Below, piece by piece: positions 8,457 to 18,109 of a stretch of 40,000 bases of DNA. The stretch comes from Pseudomonas fluorescens (GTDB lineage: Bacteria; Pseudomonadota; Gammaproteobacteria; Pseudomonadales; Pseudomonadaceae). The notes beneath the pieces are model-generated. The model saw only the letters and a program-made list of their open reading frames with translations, made no database searches and had not been told where the DNA came from. The first letter of the stretch is position 1. Each line of letters begins with the position of its first letter. The translations under genes were made by a program, and so were the position numbers. The stretch lies in assembly GCF_040448305.1 (NCBI RefSeq), contig NZ_CP148752.1, forward strand, positions 3,978,534 to 4,018,533. Direction: 5' to 3'.

Positions 8457-9458
8457 ATGTTCAAGTCTCTGTTTCAACGCTTCAGCCAGGTTACCGGCAT
8501 CGCGCTCGGCCTGGGCATGGCTTTCGCCGCTCAGGCGCAGTCGACCGACGTGACTTACCTGTTGCCGGCGCCACCGAACTCGCCGGCGTTCGCCCCATGG
8601 ATCATCGCGCAGCAGAAGGGCTACTACGCAGCCCGGAACCTGAACATGACCTTCATCGCTGCCAAGGGCGGCGTGGACGTGGCGAAACAGATCGGCGCCG
8701 GTAACGCCATGCTCGGCGGCGCCATCGGCGATACCCCGATCGTGGTGCGGGCCAACGGGATTCCAGTGCGCGCCGTCGCGGTGCTCGGTGCCGGCGGCGT
8801 GACCATGATTGCCACCAATGCAGCGGAAAACATCAATTCCATCACCGACCTCAAGGGCAAGACCATGACGGTGATGTCCTACTCGGACACCACCTACTAC
8901 GCCCTGCTCGCCTCGCTGCGCAAAGCCGGCCTGAGCAAGACCGATGTGAACATCCAGGCGGCCGGTCCATCGGGCGTGTGGCAGTTGTTCTCGGCCGACA
9001 AATCCCAGGCGATGGCGGGCGTGCCGGACTGGGTGGTCAACGCCGAGGAAGCCGGGGTGAAGATCAAACTGATCCCGCAGGCACAGATTTTCGAAAGCAT
9101 GGCCCAGGCGATTCTCGCGTCCGACGACGCCATCGAGCATCACCCGCAGATTGTCCGTGATGTGGTCCAGGCCACCCTGCAAGGCATGAACGACATCATT
9201 CAAGACCCTAAAGCCGCAGCGGCCACATTCGCCAAGGCGGTCCCGGCTTATGCCGGCAAGGAAGCGTCGCTGGAGAAGGTCTTCAAGCTCTATGTCGAGC
9301 ACGTCTACGCCAATCAGTTAGTACCGGGGCGCATCGATCCGGCGCGACTTGAAACGGTCCGCCAGTTCTATGTCAGCGAAGGCATCGTCACCCAGGAGCC
9401 AAAGCTCGACGACCTGTACACCAACCAGTTCATCGACACCCAAACAGCCGCGCAATGA
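8457..9458 (+). CDS. ABC transporter periplasmic substrate-binding protein (NMT1/THI5-like, NitT/TauT family)
   Basis: Signal peptide MFKSLFQRFSQVTGIALGLGMAFAAQA, then …YLLPAPPNSPAFAPWIIAQQKGYY…GGVDVAKQIGAGNAMLGGAIGDTPIV…, typical of this SBP family. It sits between the ATPase and the permease. Confidence 0.85.
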   Translation: MFKSLFQRFSQVTGIALGLGMAFAAQAQSTDVTYLLPAPPNSPAFAPWIIAQQKGYYAARNLNMTFIAAKGGVDVAKQIGAGNAMLGGAIGDTPIVVRANGIPVRAVAVLGAGGVTMIATNAAENINSITDLKGKTMTVMSYSDTTYYALLASLRKAGLSKTDVNIQAAGPSGVWQLFSADKSQAMAGVPDWVVNAEEAGVKIKLIPQAQIFESMAQAILASDDAIEHHPQIVRDVVQATLQGMNDIIQDPKAAAATFAKAVPAYAGKEASLEKVFKLYVEHVYANQLVPGRIDPARLETVRQFYVSEGIVTQEPKLDDLYTNQFIDTQTAAQ

Positions 9459-9486
9459 CGGCCAGTGACAACAAGGTACCGACACG

Positions 9487-10263
9487 ATGAAAAACCTTAA
9501 TAACTCCATGCTCGGCAGCGTCGCCCTGCTGATCCTGTTCCTGGTGCTCTGGCAATGGGGCCCGGGATTGCTCGGCATGCCCGAATTCGTGATGCCGCAG
9601 CTGAGCCGCGTGGCCCAGGAAAGCCTGGTGATGTGGCACACCGGCGGCCTGTTGCAACACACCCTGATCACCGCCTTCGAAATCATTGTCGGCTTTGGCC
9701 TGGGTGCCCTGCTCGGCGTGGTGATCGGTGTGTCGCTGGGCCTTTCGCCCGCCGCTGAGGCCATGCTGTCGCCGTACATCCTCGCCCTGCAGATCGCCCC
9801 GAAAGTCGCCTTCGCCCCGCTGTTCGTCATGTGGCTGGGCTACACCATTTACCCGAAGATCCTGATCGCCATCCTGATCGTGTTCTTCCCGGTGATGATC
9901 AACGTACTGTCGGCAATCCGCACCGTGGACCCGGACATGATCAACCTCGTGCGGACCATGAACGCCAGTCGCTGGCAGATCTTTCGCCTGGTGGAGTTTC
10001 CTTCGGCCATGGCCGCGCTGTTCTCCGGCCTGCGCATCGCTTCGACCCTGGCCGTCATCGGTGTCACCGTCGGTGAACTGGTGGGCGGCAATCAGGGCCT
10101 GGGCTTCCTGCTGGTCGATGCCGAAGGTCAGGGCAATACCGCAGGCGTGTTCGTGGCCATTGTCATGCTCACGCTGATCGGTGTACTCGCTTACGGCGCA
10201 GTGGTCTGGACCGAAAAACGTGTCCTGCACTACATGCCCAAAGCCATGCTGAGCACCCAATGA
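9487..10263 (+). CDS. ABC transporter permease (NitT/TauT family)
   Basis: Six hydrophobic segments with an EAA-loop-like region NLVRTMNASRWQIFRLVEFPSAMAALFSGLRIA. The stop overlaps the next start (ATGA at 10260-10263). Confidence 0.9.
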   Translation: MKNLNNSMLGSVALLILFLVLWQWGPGLLGMPEFVMPQLSRVAQESLVMWHTGGLLQHTLITAFEIIVGFGLGALLGVVIGVSLGLSPAAEAMLSPYILALQIAPKVAFAPLFVMWLGYTIYPKILIAILIVFFPVMINVLSAIRTVDPDMINLVRTMNASRWQIFRLVEFPSAMAALFSGLRIASTLAVIGVTVGELVGGNQGLGFLLVDAEGQGNTAGVFVAIVMLTLIGVLAYGAVVWTEKRVLHYMPKAMLSTQ

Positions 10264-11027
10264 TGACGACCTTCAATCGCTTGCTCGAAGGCCGTCGCGT
10301 GCTGGTCACCGGTGGCGCCCGCGGGTTGGGTTACGCCTTTGCCCAGGCCATCGGCCGGGCCGGTGCCCACGTGGTCATCGCCGACATTCTCGCCGAACGT
10401 GTGCAGCAATCGGCCGCCGAACTGGTCGCTGAAGGCCTGACCGTGCACGGCGTGACGGTCGACCTGGCGCAACCGGATTCGATCGACGCCTGCATCGCCG
10501 AAACCACCCGTTTGCTCGGTGGGCTCGACGGTCTGGTGAACAACGCCTCGATCACCAACTCCGGCGGCAAGACCTGCGAAGAGCTGAGCCTGGACACCTG
10601 GGATCAGGTCATGCAAGTCAACGTGCGCGGCACCTGGTTGATGACCAAGGCCTGTCTGCCTGCCCTGCGCGCCAGCGGTCATGGCGCCATTGTCAACCTG
10701 GCCTCCGACACCCCGCTGTGGGGTGCGCCGAACCTGCTGGCGTATGTCGCGAGCAAGGGCGCAATCATCGCCATGACCCGCAGCCTGGCCCGCGAACTGG
10801 GGACCGACAACATCACGGTCAACGCCATCGCGCCCGGCCTGGTGCTGGTCGAGGCCACGGCTTATGTGCCTGAAGCCCGCCACCGTTTGTACAACGATCA
10901 ACGGGCCATTCAACGCCCACAACTTCCCGAAGACGTCAGCGGCGCCGTGTTGTTCGCGCTGTCCGACCTCGCCCGCTTCATCACTGGACAAACCTTGCCG
11001 GTCAACGGCGGGTTCGTCATGCCTTGA
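10260..11027 (+). CDS. SDR-family oxidoreductase (classical, canonical catalytic residues)
   Basis: Cofactor motif VLVTGGARGLGYA. Catalytic Ser followed 13 residues later by YVASK (YxxxK). Confidence 0.9.
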   Translation: MMTTFNRLLEGRRVLVTGGARGLGYAFAQAIGRAGAHVVIADILAERVQQSAAELVAEGLTVHGVTVDLAQPDSIDACIAETTRLLGGLDGLVNNASITNSGGKTCEELSLDTWDQVMQVNVRGTWLMTKACLPALRASGHGAIVNLASDTPLWGAPNLLAYVASKGAIIAMTRSLARELGTDNITVNAIAPGLVLVEATAYVPEARHRLYNDQRAIQRPQLPEDVSGAVLFALSDLARFITGQTLPVNGGFVMP

Positions 11028-11041
11028 TAATGGAGACTGTC

Positions 11042-11593
11042 ATGACCGACCTTTCTGCAAACTTGAATACACAGCACGACACCCCGAAAAGCTGGGAACA
11101 GCCCGCCGGCAGCGATCTCGAAAGCTGGATGAAAACCCGTATCGCGCGCTACGAAACCCGCAAGTACGACTGGAGCGCCTTGAAATTCCAGGCCGACTAC
11201 GACCCGAAATTCCGCCGCGCGCAAATGCGCTACATCGGCACCGGTGGCACCGGCGTGACCTCGGACATGAACACTATCCCGTCGGAGAACTTCACGTTCT
11301 CGACCATGGTGATTCCGGCCGGTCACGAAGGCCCGCCGCACCTGCACACCGACGTTGAAGAAGTGTTCTTCGTGCTGCGCGGCAAACTCAAGGTGATCAT
11401 CGAAAAGGACGGCGAGCGTTTCGAAACCATCCTCACCGACCGCGACGTCATTTCCGTGCCGCCCGGCGTGTACCGCGAAGAGATCAACATCGGCGATGAA
11501 GACGCGCTGATGTGCGTGATGCTCGGTGCGAAAAAACCGCTGACCCCGACCTACCCGCCAGAACACCCCCTGGCCTCGATCAAGCGCGGATAA
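11042..11593 (+). CDS. cupin-domain protein
   Basis: Cupin motifs GPPHLHTDVEEVFFVLRG and …VISVPPGVYREEIN. ATG 11042 has GGAG 6 nt upstream. The track start at 11024 is a TTG overlapping the previous stop. Confidence 0.75.
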   Translation: MTDLSANLNTQHDTPKSWEQPAGSDLESWMKTRIARYETRKYDWSALKFQADYDPKFRRAQMRYIGTGGTGVTSDMNTIPSENFTFSTMVIPAGHEGPPHLHTDVEEVFFVLRGKLKVIIEKDGERFETILTDRDVISVPPGVYREEINIGDEDALMCVMLGAKKPLTPTYPPEHPLASIKRG

Positions 11594-11597
11594 GCCC

Positions 11598-12482
11598 ATG
11601 TCACACGCCATCGATAATCTCGCCCCGCGGCTCACCGCCGGTCTCCAGGCTCAATTGGCCCGGGACTTTCCCCAGCGCACGCTGGAGATCGCGGGCGCAC
11701 GCCAGGCCTTTCGCGAATGCGGAAGCGGTCCTGCCATTGTGTTGTTGCACGGGATTGGCTCGGGCTCGGCGTCGTGGTTAGAGGTGGCGCAGGAGCTTGG
11801 CCGCAGCGCCCGGGTGATTGCCTGGGACGCGCCCGGATACGGCGACTCCACGCCGCTCAGAGCCTTGGCCCCCGATGCTTCGGATTATGCCGAACGGCTG
11901 CTGCAGATGCTCGACGCGCTGGGCATCCAGCGCTGCGTGCTGGTGGGGCATTCACTCGGGGCAATTACCGCCATCGCTTTCGCCAGTGGCGTGCACCAAC
12001 AGCGCATCAGCCGCCTGGTGTTGATCAGCCCGGCGCAGGGCTATGGCCATCCATCACGCGCCTTGCAGCGCCAGGAAGTGCGCAATAAACGCCTGCGCGC
12101 CCTGGAACAGTTGGGCATTCAACACATGGCCGAGCAGCGCAGTGCCTACATGCTCTCCCCCGCTGCCAGCCCTCAGGCACAGGCCTGGGTGCAGTGGAAC
12201 ATGGCGCGGCTCAAGCCAGAGGGTTATCGCCAGGCCATAGAACTGCTGTGCGGCGAGGATCTGCTGCGCCATGCACCGCTTTCAATGCCTTGCGAAGTGC
12301 ATTGCGGCGAAGCCGACGGCATCACGGCTCCCGAAAGCTGCCAGACCCTGGCCAAGGCCCTGGGCGGTACTTTCGACCTTATCAAAGATGCCGGGCACGC
12401 CAGCCCCATCGAACAACCTTGTGTAGTGGCAGGCCGCCTGGCCTTCGCTATCGAAGAATCCCTGACAGGTGCATCGCTATGA
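11598..12482 (+). CDS. alpha/beta-fold hydrolase (possible C-C bond / ester hydrolase)
   Basis: Oxyanion HG in VLLHGIGSG, nucleophile elbow GHSLG and a C-terminal His in DAGHASPIE. Length is 294 aa. Confidence 0.85.
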   Translation: MSHAIDNLAPRLTAGLQAQLARDFPQRTLEIAGARQAFRECGSGPAIVLLHGIGSGSASWLEVAQELGRSARVIAWDAPGYGDSTPLRALAPDASDYAERLLQMLDALGIQRCVLVGHSLGAITAIAFASGVHQQRISRLVLISPAQGYGHPSRALQRQEVRNKRLRALEQLGIQHMAEQRSAYMLSPAASPQAQAWVQWNMARLKPEGYRQAIELLCGEDLLRHAPLSMPCEVHCGEADGITAPESCQTLAKALGGTFDLIKDAGHASPIEQPCVVAGRLAFAIEESLTGASL

Positions 12483-13315
12483 ACGATTCAGATCTGCTGA
12501 AGGACGCTCAGGACAAATACATCGTGCCAGGTCTGGAGCGCGGCCTGCTGCTGCTGTGCGAATTCAGCCGACGCAATCGCACGCTGACCGCGCCGGAACT
12601 GGCCCGACGCCTGTCGCTGCCGCGCTCGACAATCTTTCGTCTGCTGACGACGCTGGAAACCATGGGCTTCGTGACCCGCAGCGGCAATGAATACCGCCTC
12701 GGCATGTCGGTGCTGCGCCTGGGCTTCGAGTACCTCGCCTCACTGGAACTGACCGAGCTCGGTCAGCCGCTGCTGGCCCGCTTGTGCGACCGCCTCAACT
12801 ACCCGAGCAATCTGGTGGTGCGCGACGGCCGCTCGATCGTCTACGTGGCCAAGGTCTCGCCGCCGTCGGTGTTCTCCACCGCGGTGAATGTCGGCACCCG
12901 CCTGCCCGCCCACGCCACCGTTCTTGGCCGCATCCTGCTCGAAGACCTGTCGCTGGCAGAATTGCGCGAGCTGTACCCGGAAGATCATCTGGAACAGTTC
13001 TCGCCCTGCACGCCGAAAACCGTGATGGAGTTGTTTGACATGGTTCAAGCCGACCGTCAGCGCGGATTTATCAGCGGTGAAGGCTTCTTCGAGTCGGCGA
13101 TCTCGACCGTCGCCGCCCCGGTGCGCGATCAATCCGGGCAGATCGTCGCGGCGCTGGGCGTGACGATTCCGACCACTCAGATCGTTCACGTCAACTTCAA
13201 CGAATTGCTCCTGCAAGTACGTCGCAGCGCTGACGAACTGTCGCGGTTGCTCGATTACAACACTGCGACTGGCCACGACGGCCACAACCGCGTAACGGCT
13301 CTGATGAGGGATTGA
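12479..13315 (+). CDS. IclR-family transcriptional regulator, embedded co-directionally in the operon
   Basis: N-terminal wHTH …VPGLERGLLLLCEFSRRNRTLTAPELARRLSLPRSTIFRLLTTLETMGFV… and a C-terminal IclR effector-domain pattern. ATG 12479 overlaps the hydrolase stop (ATGA). The track ORF from 12194 is an out-of-gene extension. Confidence 0.9.
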   Translation: MNDSDLLKDAQDKYIVPGLERGLLLLCEFSRRNRTLTAPELARRLSLPRSTIFRLLTTLETMGFVTRSGNEYRLGMSVLRLGFEYLASLELTELGQPLLARLCDRLNYPSNLVVRDGRSIVYVAKVSPPSVFSTAVNVGTRLPAHATVLGRILLEDLSLAELRELYPEDHLEQFSPCTPKTVMELFDMVQADRQRGFISGEGFFESAISTVAAPVRDQSGQIVAALGVTIPTTQIVHVNFNELLLQVRRSADELSRLLDYNTATGHDGHNRVTALMRD

Positions 13316-13316
13316 G

Positions 13317-14114
13317 ATGAGTCTCTATCAACTGCAAGACAGCACCGCGATTGTCACCGGTGGTTCTTCGGGAATTGGCCTGGCCTGTGTCGAGCTGTTG
13401 CTCGAAGCCGGTGCAGCCGTGGCCTTCTGCGGGCGCGACGAAGATCGCCTGCGCGGCGCCGAAGACAAATTACGTCAGCGCTTTCCCAAGGCGCGATTGC
13501 TGGCCCAGGTCTGCAACGTCCTTGACGCCGACTCGGTCAACGCCTTTGCCGCCGCCAGCCTTGCTGCATTGGGGCCGGCCAGCGTGCTGATCAACAACGC
13601 CGGACAAGGTCGCGTGTCGACCTTCGCCGAGACCACGGACAGCGCCTGGACCGAAGAACTGAACCTGAAATTTTTCTCGGTCATCAACCCGGTCCGCGCC
13701 TTCAAGGCACAGCTGCAAGGTGAAGCGAACGCGGCCATCGTCTGTGTCAATTCGCTGCTGGCCAGCCAGCCGGAACCGCACATGGTCGCCACCTCGGCCG
13801 CGCGCGCAGGGGTGATGAACCTGGTGCGCTCGATGGCCACCGAATTTGCCGTCGAAGGCATTCGGGTCAACGGCATCCTCATTGGCCTGGTCGAGTCCGG
13901 GCAATGGCGCCGACGTTTCGAAGCCCGCGAAGAGCGGGATCTGGACTGGGCCCAATGGACCGCTCAGCTGGCACAACGCAAACACATTCCCTTGGGACGC
14001 CTGGGCCTGCCGATTGAAGCGGCCCGCGCAATCCTGTTTCTGGCCTCGCCTCTGTCGGCTTACACCACAGGCAGCCATATCGATGTTTCTGGAGGCCTGT
14101 CCCGCCATGCGTAA
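13317..14114 (+). CDS. SDR-fold protein with non-canonical active site (YxxxK replaced by TxxxR)
   Basis: Cofactor motif AIVTGGSSGIGLA. Catalytic Ser in VNSLLAS, but 13 and 17 residues downstream the sequence reads T-SAA-R (ATSAARAG) instead of Y-xxx-K. Confidence 0.85.
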   Translation: MSLYQLQDSTAIVTGGSSGIGLACVELLLEAGAAVAFCGRDEDRLRGAEDKLRQRFPKARLLAQVCNVLDADSVNAFAAASLAALGPASVLINNAGQGRVSTFAETTDSAWTEELNLKFFSVINPVRAFKAQLQGEANAAIVCVNSLLASQPEPHMVATSAARAGVMNLVRSMATEFAVEGIRVNGILIGLVESGQWRRRFEAREERDLDWAQWTAQLAQRKHIPLGRLGLPIEAARAILFLASPLSAYTTGSHIDVSGGLSRHA

Positions 14115-15789
14115 TGAAAATACTGTCACCGTTGGCGCTGCCATCACCGCGTTTCTCGAGCAATGCGACGTCAAGGCCGCGTTCGGTGTGATCTCGATCC
14201 ACAACATGCCGATCCTCGATGCGTTCGCCGTGCGCGGCAACATCCGTTTCGTCATGGCCCGCGGTGAAGCCGGCGCCACTAACATGGCCGACGCCTACGC
14301 CCGTACCACCGGTGGCCTGGGTGTTTGCCTGACGTCCACCGGCACCGCGGCCGGTAACGCCGCCGGGGCGATGGTCGAAGCGCTGACCGCTGGCACGCCG
14401 CTGCTGCACATCACCGGGCAAATCGAAACGCCGTATCTGGATCAGGAATTCGCTTACATCCACGAAGCCCGTGACCAGCTGACCATGCTCAAGGCTGTGT
14501 CGAAGGCCGCGTTCCGCGTGCGCAGCGTCGAAACCGCACTCAGCACCATGAAGCTGGCCGTGCAGACCGCGTTGACCGCACCGACCGGGCCGGTCAGCGT
14601 TGAAATCCCGATCGACATCCAGTCGACTTTCATCCCGATGCCGACCGACCTGTCGCCGCTGCCGGTTCCCGTTGCCGTGCCCGCACCTGAAGCACTGGAC
14701 CTGGTGGCCGAGCGCCTGGCCACGGCCACCCGTCCCCTGTTGTGGCTCGGCGGCGGCGCGCGGCATGCCGGCCCGCAAGTCAAGCGCCTGCTGGACATGG
14801 GCGTCGGCGTGATTACCTCGACCCAAGGTCGCGGTGTGGTCAACGAAGACGACGAGCGCTGCCTCGGTGCGTTCTCGCAAAACAAACTGGTCGAGCAATT
14901 CCTGCAGAGTTGCGACGCCCTGCTGATCGCCGGCTCACGACTGCGCAGCAACGAGACGTTCAAATACGCGCTGAAGTTGCCACGCAACACCCTGCGCATC
15001 GACGCCAACCCGGCCATCGAAGGTCGCAGCTACAACAGCGAACTGTTCATCTGCGGTGATTCGGCACTGGCGCTGGAAGGCCTGGCGGATCGTCTGGAAG
15101 GTCGCCTGCAAATCGACCCGACGTTCCTCGCCGAGCTCAAGCACGTGCGTGAAAAATCCCGCACGCAACTGATCGCCGACCTCGGCCCGTACTCGGCCAT
15201 GGTCGAACAGCTGCAAGCCCTGACCGGGCGCAACTTCTCGTGGGTGCGCGACGTCACGCTTTCCAACAGCATCTGGGGCAACCGCCTGCTGACACTGTTC
15301 CATCCGCGTGCCGGCGTGCATGCATTGGGCGGCGGCATTGGCCAGGGTTTGTCGATGGGCATTGGCGCGGCCGTTGCGGCAGCGGAAACGGCACCTGAGC
15401 GCAAGGTCTTCGCCCTGGCCGGCGACGGCGGTTTCATTCTCAACCTCGGCGAGCTGGCAACGCTGGTGCAAGAGAACGCCAACGTGGTGATTCTGCTGAT
15501 GAACGATCAGCGCTACGGCGTCATCCGCAACATTCAGGACGCGGTGTACGGCAGTCGCCATTGCTACGTCGACCTGCACACACCGGACTATTCCAAGCTG
15601 GCCGAGTCGCTGAACCTGCGCCATGGCCTGGTCACCGACCTGAAGGATTTCGGCAAGGTCGTCGACGGTGCACTCGCGCAGCCGGGACCGTTCCTGCTGG
15701 AAGTCGACATGCTCAGTGTCGGCAGCTTCGCCACCCAGTTCGCCGGTCCGCCCAACAGCGAAACCAAAGCGCAAAAAGCCACGGCCTGA
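14107..15789 (+). CDS. thiamine-diphosphate-dependent enzyme (acetolactate-synthase / 2-oxoacid-decarboxylase superfamily)
   Basis: N-terminal Pyr domain …FGVISIHNMPILDAF…GEAGATNMADAYAR…LTSTGTAAGNA… and the ThDP motif GDGGFILNLGELATLVQENANVVILLMND. ATG 14107 overlaps the previous gene by 8 nt. Track start 13846 is an extension. Confidence 0.85.
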   Translation: MRNENTVTVGAAITAFLEQCDVKAAFGVISIHNMPILDAFAVRGNIRFVMARGEAGATNMADAYARTTGGLGVCLTSTGTAAGNAAGAMVEALTAGTPLLHITGQIETPYLDQEFAYIHEARDQLTMLKAVSKAAFRVRSVETALSTMKLAVQTALTAPTGPVSVEIPIDIQSTFIPMPTDLSPLPVPVAVPAPEALDLVAERLATATRPLLWLGGGARHAGPQVKRLLDMGVGVITSTQGRGVVNEDDERCLGAFSQNKLVEQFLQSCDALLIAGSRLRSNETFKYALKLPRNTLRIDANPAIEGRSYNSELFICGDSALALEGLADRLEGRLQIDPTFLAELKHVREKSRTQLIADLGPYSAMVEQLQALTGRNFSWVRDVTLSNSIWGNRLLTLFHPRAGVHALGGGIGQGLSMGIGAAVAAAETAPERKVFALAGDGGFILNLGELATLVQENANVVILLMNDQRYGVIRNIQDAVYGSRHCYVDLHTPDYSKLAESLNLRHGLVTDLKDFGKVVDGALAQPGPFLLEVDMLSVGSFATQFAGPPNSETKAQKATA

Positions 15790-15799
15790 GGACTTCGCC

Positions 15800-16603
15800 A
15801 TGTTGCATATCACCATGATCGGCTGCGGCGCAATTGGCGTCGGCGTGCTCGAACTGCTGGAGAAAGACCCGCAGTTGTGCGTCGACTACGTCATCGCCTC
15901 GGCCGGTTCCGAAGAGCTTGTACGTCAAAGGCTGACCAGTTTCAAACAACCACCGCAAGTGCTGACGGCGCTACCGGCCGACGCGCGCCCCGACCTGTTG
16001 GTCGAGTGCGCCGGTCACAAAGCCATCGAAGAACATGTGTTGCCGGCGTTGGAGCGTGGCATTGCCTGCCTGATCGTCTCGGTCGGCGCGCTGTCCGAAG
16101 TCGGCCTGGTAGAGCGTCTGGAAGCGGCAGCCGAACGCGGTCAGACCCGCATCGAATTGCTGCCCGGCGCCATCGGCGGTATCGACGCCTTGTCGGCGGC
16201 CAAGGTCGGGGGCCTGGACGCGGTGAACTACACCGGACGCAAACCGGCGCGCGCCTGGAAAAACACCCCGGCTGAACAGGCCTTTGACTTGGACAACCTT
16301 ACCGAAGCCACGGTGATTTTTCAGGGCAGCGCCCGCGAAGCGGCGCACCTCTACCCGAAAAACGCCAACGTCGCCGCGACCTTGTCGCTGGCCGGTCTCG
16401 GCCTGGATCGCACCCATGTGACCCTGATCGCCGACCCACTGAGCGAGGAGAACGTCCACCACTTCGAAGCCCGCGGCGCCTTTGGCGGGTTCGAACTGAG
16501 CCTGCGTGGTAAACCGCTGCTGGCCAACCCGAAGACCTCGGCGTTGACCGTTTACAGCGTCGTCCGCGCCTTGGGCAACCACGCCCACGCGATTTCGATT
16601 TAG
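15800..16603 (+). CDS. aspartate-dehydrogenase-like NAD(P) amino-acid dehydrogenase family protein (267 aa)
   Basis: MLHITMIGCGAIGVGVLE Rossmann start, a length of 267 aa and a C-terminal …NPKTSALTVYSVVRALGN… pattern as in NadX/AspDH-domain proteins. ATG at 15800; track start 15668 is an extension. Confidence 0.7.
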   Translation: MLHITMIGCGAIGVGVLELLEKDPQLCVDYVIASAGSEELVRQRLTSFKQPPQVLTALPADARPDLLVECAGHKAIEEHVLPALERGIACLIVSVGALSEVGLVERLEAAAERGQTRIELLPGAIGGIDALSAAKVGGLDAVNYTGRKPARAWKNTPAEQAFDLDNLTEATVIFQGSAREAAHLYPKNANVAATLSLAGLGLDRTHVTLIADPLSEENVHHFEARGAFGGFELSLRGKPLLANPKTSALTVYSVVRALGNHAHAISI

Positions 16604-16612
16604 GGGACTGCG

Positions 16613-18109
16613 ATGACTCTCGAACAGACTTTACCGATCTGCATTGCTGGCCAATGGCGGCTGGGGCGTGGTGAACGCTACGCCACGTGCTACCCCGCCA
16701 CCGGCGAAGCCGTTGCCTGGCTCAACGCCGCCAGTGTCGAAGACGTTGAAGAGGCCGTGCAAGGCGCCCACCAGGCGTTTCTGCACAGCGGCTGGGCGCA
16801 GCGCAAACCTCATGAACGCGCCTGCGTGCTGTACCGCATTGCCGAGCTGATCCGTGAGCGCAGCGAAGAACTGGCGCAATTGCAGCGCCAGGACAATGGC
16901 AAGCCGATCAACGAAACCCGCGCCCTGGTGGCCAGCGCGGCCGGCACCTTCCAGTTCTTCGCCGCGGCCTGTGAAACCCTCGAAGAAACCATCACGCCGT
17001 CCCGTGGTGATTTCGTCAGCATGAGCGTTTACGAGCCGATGGGTGTGATCGCCGCGATTACACCGTGGAACTCACCGATTGCCAGCGAAGCGCAGAAAGT
17101 CGCCCCGGCCCTGGCTGCCGGCAATGCGGTGGTCATCAAACCTGCGGAAATCACTCCGCTGATGGCCTTGCAACTGGCGCGCATCTGCGAAGACGCCGGG
17201 TTGCCCAAAGGCCTGCTCAGTGTGCTGCCGGGCAAGGGCTCGCTGCTCGGCGATGCGCTGACCCGTCACCCGCTGGTCAAGCGCGTGTCGTTCACCGGCG
17301 GTACCAAAACCGGCAAGCACATTGCCCACATCGCCGCCGACAAGATGATGCCGGTGTCACTGGAACTGGGCGGCAAATCGCCGACCATCATCCTCGATGA
17401 CGCCGACCTCGACCATGCGGTGGCCGGTGTGTTGTACGGCATCTTCAGTTCTTCGGGCGAAGCCTGCATCGCCGGTTCGCGGTTGTTCGTCGCCCGCGCA
17501 CTGTATGAGCCGTTCATGGCGCGCCTGGTGGCGGCGGCAGCCGAGTTGCGTGTCGGTGATCCGGCGGATGAGCGTACGCAAATGGGCCCGCTGATCAGCG
17601 CCGGCCACCGCGAGTCGGTGGAACGCTATGTGGCGCTGGGGCTGGCAGAAGGCGGACGTCTGCTGCTCGGTGGCAAGCGCCCGAGCGGCGGCGTTTACGA
17701 CCAGGGTTACTACTACCCGCCGACCATCCTCGAAGGTTTGAACAACAGCCAGCAAGTGTGCCAGGAAGAAATCTTCGGCCCGGTGCTGGTGGCCATGCCG
17801 TTCGACGACGAAGCGCAATTGCTGGAGCAGGCCAACGACAGCCTGTACGCCCTCGCCGCCGGCATCTGGACCGGCGACTACAAGCGCGCCTGGGCGCTGG
17901 GTCGAAAAATCCAGGCCGGTACGGTGTGGATCAACACCTACAAGCAGTTCTCGATTTCCACCCCGTTCGGTGGCTGGCGCGACAGTGGCCTGGGCCGCGA
18001 AAAAGGTCGACTCGGCATCCTGCAGTACATGGAACAGAAAAGCCTTTATTGGGGCATGAATGAACAGCCACTGGCCTGGGCCGGTGTGCAACGAGAGGTA
18101 GGGTTATGA
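16613..18109 (+). CDS. NAD(P)-dependent aldehyde dehydrogenase
   Basis: ALDH Glu motif VSLELGGKSP, Cys motif SSSGEACIAGSRLFV. Length is 498 aa. Confidence 0.92.
   Translation: MTLEQTLPICIAGQWRLGRGERYATCYPATGEAVAWLNAASVEDVEEAVQGAHQAFLHSGWAQRKPHERACVLYRIAELIRERSEELAQLQRQDNGKPINETRALVASAAGTFQFFAAACETLEETITPSRGDFVSMSVYEPMGVIAAITPWNSPIASEAQKVAPALAAGNAVVIKPAEITPLMALQLARICEDAGLPKGLLSVLPGKGSLLGDALTRHPLVKRVSFTGGTKTGKHIAHIAADKMMPVSLELGGKSPTIILDDADLDHAVAGVLYGIFSSSGEACIAGSRLFVARALYEPFMARLVAAAAELRVGDPADERTQMGPLISAGHRESVERYVALGLAEGGRLLLGGKRPSGGVYDQGYYYPPTILEGLNNSQQVCQEEIFGPVLVAMPFDDEAQLLEQANDSLYALAAGIWTGDYKRAWALGRKIQAGTVWINTYKQFSISTPFGGWRDSGLGREKGRLGILQYMEQKSLYWGMNEQPLAWAGVQREVGL

Noticed and set aside
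12194-12478. Upstream extensions of track ORFs (12194 for IclR, 13846 for the ThDP enzyme, 15668 for AspDH-like, 20447 for RidA, 7470 for the ATPase, 36269 for the TBDR, 39415 for the SDR, 26109 for the K+ channel)
   Set aside because: The extensions run through the preceding gene in another frame and have Pro/Arg-rich nonsense composition. Internal ATGs with an SD sequence or an ATGA overlap give N-termini matching the family norm.
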